The notes below the pieces were generated by a model. That model saw only the letters and a program-made list of their open reading frames with translations, was not told the origin of the DNA and did no database searches. A stretch of DNA of 64,000 nt from an uncultured bacterium (GTDB lineage Bacteria > Fidelibacterota > Marinisomatia > Marinisomatales > UBA1611). Location: contig CALSPG010000008.1 in assembly GCA_943788175.1 (NCBI GenBank), positions 61,227-125,226 on the forward strand, written 5' to 3'. Position 1 is the stretch's first letter; each line of letters begins with the position of its first letter. The position numbers and the translations under genes were made by a program. Shown in pieces: positions 1-9,575 of the stretch.

Positions 1-520
1 TGGTGAGGTTCTTAGACTTGTTTTACTATCAACGCATTATCGGCAGCCATTAAATTGGTCAGAAAAGTCAATTTTACAATCACAAAAAATGCTAGATAGG
101 ATGTATCGAACTTTGTACCAAATCGATGGCGAGGTATCAAAAGGGGCAGTAAACCCACCTAAAGAAATTATACAAGCCTTATGCGATGACCTAAATACTC
201 CAGAAGCTATTGGACAATTAAATATTCTTTTTAATGACTTTCAGCATGCTAAAGGCAAGCAAAAAAATGAGTTGCTGTCACAAATCATGAGTGGCGCAAG
301 TTTATTAGGGCTTTTAAATCAAAAGCCAGAGAACTGGCTTGGATATCAAAATGAGATGGATAGTAAGGATTTAAAAGAAGTTGAAAAATTAATAATGGAC
401 AGGGATAAGTATAGAATAGAAAAAAATTATAAAATGTCTGATCAAATCAGAGATGAATTAACTGCACTTGGTATAGAAATCGAAGATAGTCCTCAAGGTA
501 CAAAGTGGCGTAAAACCTAA
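1..520 (+). CDS. cysS: Cysteine--tRNA ligase, C-terminal part (5' truncated by window)
   Basis: Frame open from base 2: GEVLRLVLLSTHYRQPLNWS, then ALCDDLNTPEA (DALR domain) and R..KNYKMSDQIRDEL..LGIEIED..GTKW. Confidence 0.96.
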   Translation, partial: GEVLRLVLLSTHYRQPLNWSEKSILQSQKMLDRMYRTLYQIDGEVSKGAVNPPKEIIQALCDDLNTPEAIGQLNILFNDFQHAKGKQKNELLSQIMSGASLLGLLNQKPENWLGYQNEMDSKDLKEVEKLIMDRDKYRIEKNYKMSDQIRDELTALGIEIEDSPQGTKWRKT

Positions 521-521
521 A

Positions 522-863
522 TTATCCAGGTGGCCATTTCATTTGTCTACCGCCTAAAACATGTAAATGAATGTGATTTACGGTTTGGGCGCCATGTTCA
601 TTACAGTTAAATATTGTCCGATATCCTTTTTCTGAAATTCCCTCTTTTTTTGCTAGTTCTTTAGCAATAATGAATAGCTCCCCAACTAAATTTTTATCGC
701 CATCTTGTATATCATTAATTGTTTGAATTTCTTTTTTTGGAATTACTAAAAAGTGAACTGGCGCTTGGGGGTTTATATCTCTGAATGCTAATATATCATC
801 ATTTTCAAATAAAATATCAGCAGGAATTTCTTTGTTAATTATTTTTGTAAATATGGTACTCAT
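522..863 (-). CDS. hinT: Histidine triad (HIT) nucleotide-binding protein
   Basis: [41 protein letters not shown]. Confidence 0.93.
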   Translation of the reverse strand: MSTIFTKIINKEIPADILFENDDILAFRDINPQAPVHFLVIPKKEIQTINDIQDGDKNLVGELFIIAKELAKKEGISEKGYRTIFNCNEHGAQTVNHIHLHVLGGRQMKWPPG

Positions 864-915
864 GAAACTCTGATTATGTTAATGATTTTATCAGAAATTT
901 TCATGAGGGAAATAG

Positions 916-1487
916 TTAAGAATATAGTAGCTGCTTATCTTTAATAGATGAGTATTCTGATTGAATAAGGTAATAAGATCCAAAAAGAACAGTTGTGAAA
1001 AGTAAATTACTGATTATTGTATTTTGCAGAAAGGGTAATCCGGCTGTGTAACACGCTAAAAGACCGATTAGGTTCTTAGAATACATTCCGCTTCCAATCC
1101 AGACACCAAAATTGGATATTAAAAAGAAAATAGCTCCTGATCCAAAAGCTGTTTTAAATGTTTTGGGTAATGATATATTATTTTTAAAAACATAAATATT
1201 TAATAAAATAATGATTAAATAAGAGCCATACTGCCATAGAAAACCTTTGTAGAACCAAACAAACTCTAGACTAGTTGTGTATACATAATTGTTTATAATT
1301 AAATCACTAAACCAAATAGCAAAAATAGAGATAAATAATGCGTGCCATTTTTTTGTAAATGAGCTGCCCCAAATATTCCGATTGCAAGAATAGGTGAAAA
1401 ATTTGGAGGGTGGGGTAACAACCTCGTCATAGCGGCGATAAACATGATACCAATTAATAAGCTAAGATTTATATTGAATTTTTTCAT
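916..1487 (-). pseudogene. DUF6580-family putative transport membrane protein, one-base frameshift near 1357 (probably a sequencing error)
   Basis: N-terminus RLLPHPPNFSPILAIGIFG. Adding one base in the T-run at 1357-1359 gives a ~190-aa ORF containing FFLISNFGVW...YSKNLIGLLACYTAGLPFLQNT and ending at TAA 918-916. Confidence 0.8.
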
Positions 1488-1648
1488 TTTTTAATACGCA
1501 AGTTTATGTACTCATGACTGTAAGAGTCTAGTTTAAAAAAGTGATTAGAGTATTTAATTCAATATTTAAATAGAATTATTGTATATAAAAATACAATTAG
1601 TCTGTATTGACTTTGATTTATTAACAGTAAATTTATTTATATATATAC

Positions 1649-2419
1649 ATGATTGAACTAGAAAATATATCTAAAGTATTCACCCTGACCAAAGATCAAA
1701 GAAAGGTTGTTGGTGATTCTATATTAAGGCCAAAGTTATTTACAGCTGTTGATTCTATAAGTTTTAAATGTAATGCCAGTAGCGTTTTTGCCTTGCTCGG
1801 GCCAAATGGTTCTGGAAAAACCACTACGTTACGCATGATTTCAACAATGATCTCGCCGACATCAGGTTCTATTAAAATAAAAGGTAAAGATGTAACAAAA
1901 AATGGTCGCGAAGCTAGAAAATCTATTGGGTTTATGACGAATCAAACGGCTTTATATGATAGATTAAGTCCTTATGAAATGGTTAAATATTTTGCGGATT
2001 TAAATAGTATGGAGAAGGTTGTTTTTGAGAAAAGGTGTAAAGATATTTTTGATACATTAGACATGAATTCTTTTGCTAATAAACGTATTGGCACTTTGAG
2101 CTCGGGAATGAAGCAAAAAACATCAATTGCGCGCACGATTATTCATAATCCAGATATTATCGTTTTTGATGAACCAACTACGGGACTTGATGTTATGACC
2201 TCAAGGTCGATAATTGAACTAATTAGAAACTCAAAAGGCGAAAAGAAAACTATTATTTTTTCCTCGCATAGGATGGAAGAAGTTCAATCACTGGCAGATG
2301 ACATAGGTGTCATTTATAATGGAAAACTTATTTTTTCAGGAACGAAGCTAGATTTTGAGTCTTTATCTGATTCCTCAAGCTATGATGACACTTTAATTAA
2401 CCTAATTGATAATTCATGA
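1649..2419 (+). CDS. ABC exporter ATP-binding subunit (NatA-like)
   Basis: Walker A GPNGSGKT, signature LSSGMKQK, Walker B IVFDEPT. Confidence 0.9.
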   Translation: MIELENISKVFTLTKDQRKVVGDSILRPKLFTAVDSISFKCNASSVFALLGPNGSGKTTTLRMISTMISPTSGSIKIKGKDVTKNGREARKSIGFMTNQTALYDRLSPYEMVKYFADLNSMEKVVFEKRCKDIFDTLDMNSFANKRIGTLSSGMKQKTSIARTIIHNPDIIVFDEPTTGLDVMTSRSIIELIRNSKGEKKTIIFSSHRMEEVQSLADDIGVIYNGKLIFSGTKLDFESLSDSSSYDDTLINLIDNS

Positions 2420-3609
2420 ATATTATTTATTCTATTTTTAAAAAAGAACTTATTGATGTTCTAAGGGATAGAAGAACTCTAATGTTTATGGTCGTTATTC
2501 CAATTTTAATAACACCATTATTGGTCATTGGTTCTATAAAATTCCAAGAATATCAAAATAAAAAATCTGAAGAGAAAATTTTAAGCATTGCTTTTATTAA
2601 CGATTCTGGAGACTATTTAATAAAAGAATTACTATCGAATCAAAAAGGGGTAAAAGTAGTAGAAGGTATTGTACTCGATAGCTTAGAATCATTTATTAGA
2701 TCTGATTCACTTCAAGGAGGATTACATATTGATAAAAATTTTCTGAACAACATCAATTCAAATTCTTCTGGCTCGGTAAAAATTTATTATAAATCCTCGG
2801 ATCTTATGAGTAAATCAAAAAAACGAATGCAATCAGCGTTAGAAAGTTATAAAAATGATATAGTATCTAAACGTTTAGAGAAATTAAAGTTTGATGAGGG
2901 GTTATTAGAACCCTTAGACATTACAAATGTTGATATGGCTACTGCTAAAGAAACACTTGGTAAGGCAATCGGAGGGTTTATACCATACGTTTTAGTGATG
3001 TTTATTTTTCTTGGTGCTATGTATCCAGCAATTGATTTAGGAGCGGGCGAAAAAGAAAGAGGGTCTTTAGAAACACTACTATCTTCTCCAGCAACGAAAT
3101 TCGAAATTACAATGGGCAAATTATTAGTAGTGTCTTTAACTGGGTTGGTTTCTGGTCTTGTCTCAGTTTTAGGTATTTCATCTTCATTATTTTTTATTGA
3201 CAAAATACCAGTCCAAATACAAGAAACTATCCTTGAATTAATTAATCCATTTATGATAGGCTCTATTATTGTTCTCATGGTACCTATTGCTATATTTTTT
3301 GCTTCTATGCTATTATCCATATCTTTTTATTCTCGATCATTTAAAGAGGCGCAAAGTTTAATGGGACCTCTAAATATGGTTATAATAGTTCCTTTGTTCT
3401 TAAGTCTGGGACCAGGAATGGAAATGGATCATGCTACAGCCTTAATGCCTTTAATAAATGTTGGCCTATTAACGAAAGAAATTTTAGCAGGATCTGTTGA
3501 ACTAATATATTTCATAGAAACTTTATTCTCATTACTCTTTTGTGCCGCAATAGGAATTTGGTTTTCAGTTTATTGGTTTAAAAAAGAAAATACAATTTTT
3601 AGAGTATAG
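2416..3609 (+). CDS. ABC-2 permease (NatB-like)
   Basis: KKELIDVLRDRRTL N-terminus, GEKERGSLETLL motif, 1 + ~5 TM helices, ATGA overlap with the ATPase. Confidence 0.88.
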   Translation: MNIIYSIFKKELIDVLRDRRTLMFMVVIPILITPLLVIGSIKFQEYQNKKSEEKILSIAFINDSGDYLIKELLSNQKGVKVVEGIVLDSLESFIRSDSLQGGLHIDKNFLNNINSNSSGSVKIYYKSSDLMSKSKKRMQSALESYKNDIVSKRLEKLKFDEGLLEPLDITNVDMATAKETLGKAIGGFIPYVLVMFIFLGAMYPAIDLGAGEKERGSLETLLSSPATKFEITMGKLLVVSLTGLVSGLVSVLGISSSLFFIDKIPVQIQETILELINPFMIGSIIVLMVPIAIFFASMLLSISFYSRSFKEAQSLMGPLNMVIIVPLFLSLGPGMEMDHATALMPLINVGLLTKEILAGSVELIYFIETLFSLLFCAAIGIWFSVYWFKKENTIFRV

Positions 3610-3663
3610 TACCTTTTTCTTTAATTTTTCTTTTCAAATAGTCACAAATTGAGGCAGTAAATA

Positions 3664-4149
3664 ATGATAAAAATCCACATACTTATTATTTTATTCCATA
3701 TTTCAGCGTTCACTTTTTCACAAACAATTAATATTGCAACTAATACACTTACAATTGGAATGGACAAACGTGAAGCTTTAATAAAAATGAATGAATTTAT
3801 TGATCAATCTGCAATTGAACCTGAATCAGAAAATTATTGGTTGATAAATAATAATCAAATCGTTGGATCAATCGGGTTTGAAAATGAAAAACTTAGCTAT
3901 GTTACAACTGATTGGGATGATGAAATAGATTATTTGGATTCAATTAATATGTTTAACACGCTATTTAAGGCATTAAAAAGTACTTTTGGATCCAATTATG
4001 AAGGTGATATCATTCTTCATTTAGAAGAAATAAATGAACTTAATTCTGAAAAATTAGGCATCAGTATTCAATCAAGTGATGGTAAAAGTGTGAGTATTAA
4101 AAGGGAAAATATTAGTTTAGAGATTCAACAAATAGCAAAAAAATTATAA
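3664..4149 (+). CDS. Hypothetical exported protein
   Basis: 161-aa ORF with signal-peptide-like N-terminus; no recognised family. Confidence 0.7.
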   Translation: MIKIHILIILFHISAFTFSQTINIATNTLTIGMDKREALIKMNEFIDQSAIEPESENYWLINNNQIVGSIGFENEKLSYVTTDWDDEIDYLDSINMFNTLFKALKSTFGSNYEGDIILHLEEINELNSEKLGISIQSSDGKSVSIKRENISLEIQQIAKKL

Positions 4150-4155
4150 AAATAT

Positions 4156-5715
4156 TCATTCATAATTTTTACTATAGTTAATCTTTTTTTGTTCAAGCCT
4201 TTGTAGATGCTTACTTAGTCTTACCTCAAAACTTGAATAGTCTTTTCTATCTTTTTGTGACCATACAGTCTCAGCTAATGCACATAGTCTTGGTAGTAGC
4301 ATATATTCTGCTTGCTCAGGAGTTTGAATATATTCTGTCCATAAATTGGCTTGTCCGCCTAGTATAAGATGTCTTTTACTTTTATCAATTTTTGCAGGAA
4401 TTGGTTCAAAATCATAAACTTTTGAAAGGGGAAGATATCCACCTATCGCAAGCGGTTCATTCTTTGAATCTTTCAATTGATAATAATCAAAATATACATT
4501 TGTTGTTGGCGACATTATTACTTCATGACCAGCATTTGCTGCCTCTATTCCGCCATCCATGCCTCTCCAACTATGAACGACTGCATTAGGTGCTAGGCCT
4601 CCTTCGAGAATTTCATCCCAACCAATCAGGCGCTTATTGAATTTTAATAATACTTTTTCAATGCGTTTAATAAAATAACTTTGAAGCTCATTTTCATCTT
4701 TGAGTTTTTCTGAGAGTATTCGTTTTTGACATTTTTCACATTTAGACCATCTGTCTTTTGGGCACTCATCGCCTCCAATGTGAATATATGGCCCTGGAAA
4801 AACTTTTGAGACTTCTTCTAAGACTTTTTCTAAAAATTTGAATGTATCTTCGTTCCCAGCACAATAAACTTCTTTGTGAATTCCCCATACGGTTTCTGAT
4901 TCATGTGGGCCTCCGGTACATGATAATTCGGGATAAGCTGATAAAGCAGCGGTGGCATGTCCAGGCATTTCGATTTCTGGGATTACAGTAATGTGGCGAT
5001 TTTTAGCATACTCTATTATTTCATTAATTTGTTCCATTGTATAGTAACCACCGTACTTAGAGTTATCAAACTTATGTGGTTTATCATTATAGTGACCGAT
5101 AAGAGTCTCTTTCCTGTATGCAGCAATTGACTTTAGCTTAGGGAAATTTTTAATAGGAATTCTCCAACCTTGATCTTCTGTTAAGTGCCAATGGAAGATA
5201 TTCATTTTGTGGGACGCTGTAATATCGATGCAACGTTTAATAAAATCTACTGGCATCATATGTCTTCCAACATCGAGCATCATTCCTCGCCACTGAAAGC
5301 GCGGTTCATCCTCAATTTTCAAGCCAGGAATTTTTAGCTCATTATTTATTCTACTTGTCTCCAGTAATTGAAGTAAAGTTTGAACTCCATAGAAAATGCC
5401 TTGGTAGTCTCTTGCCATTAGCATCATTCCATCATTATCAACTTTCAAGGTGTAAGATTCGTCTTTTTTTATGACATTATCATTTAATGTAAAATATACT
5501 TTAGTATGATTTTTTTCATTAAGAGTTGATGGTTTAAATCCAAAACTTGAAAAGCTTGTTTTAAAATAATCATGGATTTTTTTTAATGCTTTATCATTGT
5601 CGTTATAAATAACTCTGATTGCAGTGTTTAAAGTTATGTCGAGATCTAATTTTTTAATGCTAGAGGGGATTGGAATTAGTCCTAATTCATTAAAATTATT
5701 TAGGTTATCATTCAT
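4156..5715 (-). CDS. Beta-N-acetylhexosaminidase, GH20
   Basis: DEPRFQWRGMMLDVGRH, HWHLTEDQGWR, EIEMPGH, catalytic HIGGDE, LWTEY; no obvious signal peptide. Confidence 0.95.
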   Translation of the reverse strand: MNDNLNNFNELGLIPIPSSIKKLDLDITLNTAIRVIYNDNDKALKKIHDYFKTSFSSFGFKPSTLNEKNHTKVYFTLNDNVIKKDESYTLKVDNDGMMLMARDYQGIFYGVQTLLQLLETSRINNELKIPGLKIEDEPRFQWRGMMLDVGRHMMPVDFIKRCIDITASHKMNIFHWHLTEDQGWRIPIKNFPKLKSIAAYRKETLIGHYNDKPHKFDNSKYGGYYTMEQINEIIEYAKNRHITVIPEIEMPGHATAALSAYPELSCTGGPHESETVWGIHKEVYCAGNEDTFKFLEKVLEEVSKVFPGPYIHIGGDECPKDRWSKCEKCQKRILSEKLKDENELQSYFIKRIEKVLLKFNKRLIGWDEILEGGLAPNAVVHSWRGMDGGIEAANAGHEVIMSPTTNVYFDYYQLKDSKNEPLAIGGYLPLSKVYDFEPIPAKIDKSKRHLILGGQANLWTEYIQTPEQAEYMLLPRLCALAETVWSQKDRKDYSSFEVRLSKHLQRLEQKKINYSKNYE

Positions 5716-5847
5716 AATAGTTTTTTATGTATTGGATTGGTGATTATAATTATCAAATTATAAATATTTAAATCTTATTTAATGTGATAGAATAATTTAT
5801 ATGTGATTAATTTAAAAAGTGCTTTTATTAAATAATTCATTATAAAA

Positions 5848-6735
5848 ATGCTCTTAAATTTAAATTTAGGTGATTTTTATGCTATAATGACTGCATTATG
5901 CTGGTCTTGTGGAGTGATATTTTTTGAAATTGCTGGCAGGTCTTTAAACACGCTGCAAATAAGCCTGTTAAAAAATATTGTGGGCGTAATTGGTTTTATC
6001 CTTTTCCTTCTATTGCAAGGACACTCTTTTCCAATATTTAGCGATCAAGAGTATAATACATTAGTTATCAGTGGGATTATTGGTGTCGCAATTGGAGATA
6101 TTCTCTTCTTAGCATCCTTGCGCAGGCTGGGTTCAAGTTTGAGCGCAATAATTAGCACTAGTTACACAGTGTTTGTATTTATTCTCGCTTATTTAATGTT
6201 TGATGAGGTAATCTCAATCATTTCATACTTGGGCGGTGTTCTTGTTATTACAGGAGTCATCATTGGAACGAATGACCGCAGTATTAAAATCACACCAAAA
6301 CAATTAGTTTTAGGTGTTCTCTACGGTCTTTTTGCCCATTTATGCACTGCATATTCTATATTATTAATCAAACCAGTAATGGAACATCATCCAATCGTAC
6401 CAATTGCTTTAATTAGATTTAGCACTGGCGTAATAATAAGCGGGTTTATCTTATTGTACCTTAAGGGTCATTTAGCTTTGAAAGATACTATTATTAGAGG
6501 TTTTTCAAATTATAATTTATTAGCAGGTGCATTTTTCGGAACATTTTTATCTGTAATTTTATGGTTAGCTGGTTACAAGTACACACTTGCTGGCAGAGCT
6601 GCGATTTATAATCAGCTCTCAACGATTTTTATAATTATTTTTGCTTCTATTTTTTTAAATGAATATTTAACAAAGCGAAAATGGGTAGCGATATTTTTAG
6701 CTTTAATAGGTTCTTTTATTGTTAGCATTTATTAG
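5848..6735 (+). CDS. DMT/EamA-family transporter
   Basis: ~10 TM helices in two EamA repeats (F.E.IS.. / FLNEYLTKRKW). Confidence 0.88.
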   Translation: MLLNLNLGDFYAIMTALCWSCGVIFFEIAGRSLNTLQISLLKNIVGVIGFILFLLLQGHSFPIFSDQEYNTLVISGIIGVAIGDILFLASLRRLGSSLSAIISTSYTVFVFILAYLMFDEVISIISYLGGVLVITGVIIGTNDRSIKITPKQLVLGVLYGLFAHLCTAYSILLIKPVMEHHPIVPIALIRFSTGVIISGFILLYLKGHLALKDTIIRGFSNYNLLAGAFFGTFLSVILWLAGYKYTLAGRAAIYNQLSTIFIIIFASIFLNEYLTKRKWVAIFLALIGSFIVSIY

Positions 6736-7690
6736 AAAATATGTTGAAGAAAGTCACCTTTTTATTCAACTTTTTTATGGACCGCGTTTAAATAGGAAAG
6801 AACTGTCCGAACTTTTTTCCAGTTGGAGAAAATCAAAAAATCGATCTCTTGAAGAAAAAAACAAAATTATAATATCTGGAGTTCGATCGCAATATTCTGA
6901 TTTATTCAAAAATTGGAAATGGATAATCATTCAAACTATTTTATGGTTAGCAATATCTATTAAATTTGATTTTAACCCAATAATTAACATTATGGCTTTT
7001 TTTACTATTCTTAATCAATTTATACAAAACATTACGTCGCTTGCAAAAGATAAAAGACAAACATTTAATATTTTTATTGCCCAAGAAATTTTATCAACAT
7101 TATCATTCTCAAGTTTACTTTTGGAAAAAGTATCTGATCTAAAGAAGGGAGAAAAGGTAATGAAGGCTAAAAATATAAATTACGCATCAAACTGCGAATG
7201 GACAGATATCAAGATACAATTATTACCAAACGAATATAATGATGAGCTTCCACACTTAAGAATAAATATTGGACATGAGAAAAGTGAGGTGTTACATGCT
7301 TCAAAATTGGGTTTGGTGCAAAATTCAGATTATAAAGCCCAAAACGAGCTTTTTGTTATTCTAAAAGCATTTGGTAAATATGGTACTTTCAAAGTAGAAG
7401 GTCATGGCTCCCAAAAAAAAGCTATTGAAAAATCATTAAACGATTTAATAGAAAATTTAAATCTTTATTTTGGTGAAAGAGATATAATGCCAATTGTCAA
7501 AAATGATAAAACTGAAAATTGGGAATGCTTTGTAAATATTGAGGATAGAACAAATAGTTGGCATCAGCTTGAGCTAGAAAGATATGAGGATATAAAAACT
7601 ATGCTGCAAGAGTGGGTTCCGTTAATCGAGGAATTAGAAAAAGTAGATTTAGCTGAGCAATCTTATAGGATGAAGGGATATGAGTGGTAA
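6719..7690 (+). CDS. Hypothetical protein (true start uncertain; may be ATG 7160)
   Basis: 323-aa ORF; purine-rich RBS-like AAGGGAGAAAAGG precedes the in-frame ATG at 7160. Confidence 0.6.
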   Translation: MLAFIRKYVEESHLFIQLFYGPRLNRKELSELFSSWRKSKNRSLEEKNKIIISGVRSQYSDLFKNWKWIIIQTILWLAISIKFDFNPIINIMAFFTILNQFIQNITSLAKDKRQTFNIFIAQEILSTLSFSSLLLEKVSDLKKGEKVMKAKNINYASNCEWTDIKIQLLPNEYNDELPHLRINIGHEKSEVLHASKLGLVQNSDYKAQNELFVILKAFGKYGTFKVEGHGSQKKAIEKSLNDLIENLNLYFGERDIMPIVKNDKTENWECFVNIEDRTNSWHQLELERYEDIKTMLQEWVPLIEELEKVDLAEQSYRMKGYEW

Positions 7691-7743
7691 ATGAAATGGC
7701 TTTTTTAATACTTTTCTTGTGTTAATTATATTTAACATTAGAG

Positions 7744-8349
7744 ATGAGTTTGAGAGAAAATAATATGGAAAAATATCATAAGCTCTCAAAAGAAGAGATC
7801 AATGCTTTGCCTCTTATCAAATATGAAGGCGAAGTAGTAGTCTTGTCCTCAGACGATAATGTGCAAACAGCCATCAATGACTTAATGAATTATGGAACGA
7901 TAGGATTCGATACAGAAACAAAGCCTACTTTCGTTAAAGGCCCTCTTAATCCTCCTTCAATAATTCAATTAGCAATAGAAAACCGGGTTTACATTTTTCA
8001 ATTAGATAATAAAAATATTTTTGAAGCACTTACACCTATACTCTCGAACACAGACATTACTAAATGTGGAGTGTCAGTAGAAAGAGATTTGATTGAGTTA
8101 ATGTATTTAGCACCATTTCATCCATCCTCTTTTATTGACTTAGGAAATGTAGCTAGAGGCAATGATATCCCTCACCACGGCTTAAGGGGGCTAGTAGCAA
8201 TGTTTCTAGAAAAAAGAATTTCAAAGGGCTCACAAATTTCTGATTGGAGTAAGGCTAAACTTTCCGAATCCCAAATTTCTTATGCAGCAACAGATGCGTG
8301 GGTTAGTCTTAAATTATTTAAAGTCTTTGATCAACTAAAACTATTATAA
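7744..8349 (+). CDS. 3'-5' exonuclease (DEDDy, WRN/RNase D-like)
   Basis: IGFDTET (ExoI), IQLA, SDWS..LSESQISYAATDAW (ExoIII). Confidence 0.92.
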   Translation: MSLRENNMEKYHKLSKEEINALPLIKYEGEVVVLSSDDNVQTAINDLMNYGTIGFDTETKPTFVKGPLNPPSIIQLAIENRVYIFQLDNKNIFEALTPILSNTDITKCGVSVERDLIELMYLAPFHPSSFIDLGNVARGNDIPHHGLRGLVAMFLEKRISKGSQISDWSKAKLSESQISYAATDAWVSLKLFKVFDQLKLL

Positions 8350-8357
8350 TTATTGAA

Positions 8358-9536
8358 ATGAATAAAAATAGAAAAAGCTTATTCATTTATCTTTTTATGT
8401 TGAATTTTTTGATTAATGGGTGTGCCTCAATAATTTATAAATCAATTCCTTTGAAAGATGTCGCAAAGACAAACGGGAAATATTTTGTTGGTACTCAAAA
8501 TTTTCAATTAGTTGACTCTACTAGGTCGATGTGGTTTACTGATGATATCAAAAGTTTTAGGACCCTGAGCGTTAAGATGTGGTACCCCGCAGATGAAAAT
8601 TCATTATCTGATCGAGCACCTTACGTAGATCAATATGAATTAATAGCTAAGGCTCTTTCGACTAGTTTGGGTGTTCCGGAAGCATTGATGAGCAGAGCTG
8701 GTGCTGTAAAATGTAATTCTTGGTTAAATGCTGACATATCAATTGGAAATTTTCCGATTGTGATATACTCTCATGGGCATCAGAGTCTCAAAATTGCAAA
8801 TACTTTTCAAGCTGAAGAAATTGCTAGTAATGGGTATATCGTTATCGCTCCTGATCATACATATGACGCGGCTTTAACTATTATTAATAAGGATAAAATA
8901 ATTTATACTCGCTCTAAGCTGCCGAATAGTGATGAAGAAGCTGAAGATTCTGAAATGATCGAAAGAGTAAAAGAGCAATTAAATATTAGGGTAGAAGATG
9001 TCAGTTTTGTTATTGATAAAATGATTGAAAAATTTTCAAAAGATCAACAGTTTAATCAGTCTGCTGATTTTGAGAATATTGGAATATTTGGGCACAGTTT
9101 TGGTGGTTCCACTGCTATAATGGCAGCTAATAATGATAACAGAATAGATGCTATCCTTGGCCTTGATGCCTATTTCTTACCGCTCCCAAATTATATTATT
9201 GAAAAAGATATAAATAAACCTTTTATCCACTTAGGACAAACGAGTTGGGGTGACTCAAATAATTATGAATTAATGAAAATATGGGGGAGTAATAACAACC
9301 AAAATTCGTTTCATCTTTCAGTTGAGGGCTCTAAACACAATGATTTTACAGACTTTTCTCAATTTACAAAACTAACTAGAAAGTTTGGTTCAGGAAAAGT
9401 TCCTCAAAAAATTATGCGAAATATAATGAATGATGTTATACTACAGTTTTTTAATTATCATTTAAAAAGCATAGATACTTTTGATGCTAACCAATTTGAA
9501 AATAAGTATGAAAGAGTTAAAACTTATGTTCATTAG
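8358..9536 (+). CDS. Alpha/beta hydrolase lipoprotein (PAF-acetylhydrolase-like)
   Basis: Lipobox LINGC; YSHG, GYIVIAPDH, GHSFGG nucleophile elbow, H.DFTD. Confidence 0.87.
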   Translation: MNKNRKSLFIYLFMLNFLINGCASIIYKSIPLKDVAKTNGKYFVGTQNFQLVDSTRSMWFTDDIKSFRTLSVKMWYPADENSLSDRAPYVDQYELIAKALSTSLGVPEALMSRAGAVKCNSWLNADISIGNFPIVIYSHGHQSLKIANTFQAEEIASNGYIVIAPDHTYDAALTIINKDKIIYTRSKLPNSDEEAEDSEMIERVKEQLNIRVEDVSFVIDKMIEKFSKDQQFNQSADFENIGIFGHSFGGSTAIMAANNDNRIDAILGLDAYFLPLPNYIIEKDINKPFIHLGQTSWGDSNNYELMKIWGSNNNQNSFHLSVEGSKHNDFTDFSQFTKLTRKFGSGKVPQKIMRNIMNDVILQFFNYHLKSIDTFDANQFENKYERVKTYVH

Positions 9537-9575
9537 ATTTTTTGTATTTTGAAAATCAATTATTAACTTCGCATT

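Noticed and set aside
1578-1597. ATTGTAT-N6-ATACAAT inverted repeat as a GntR/YtrA-type operator
   Set aside because: Only 7-bp AT-rich arms in a very AT-rich spacer and no regulator nearby; too weak to call
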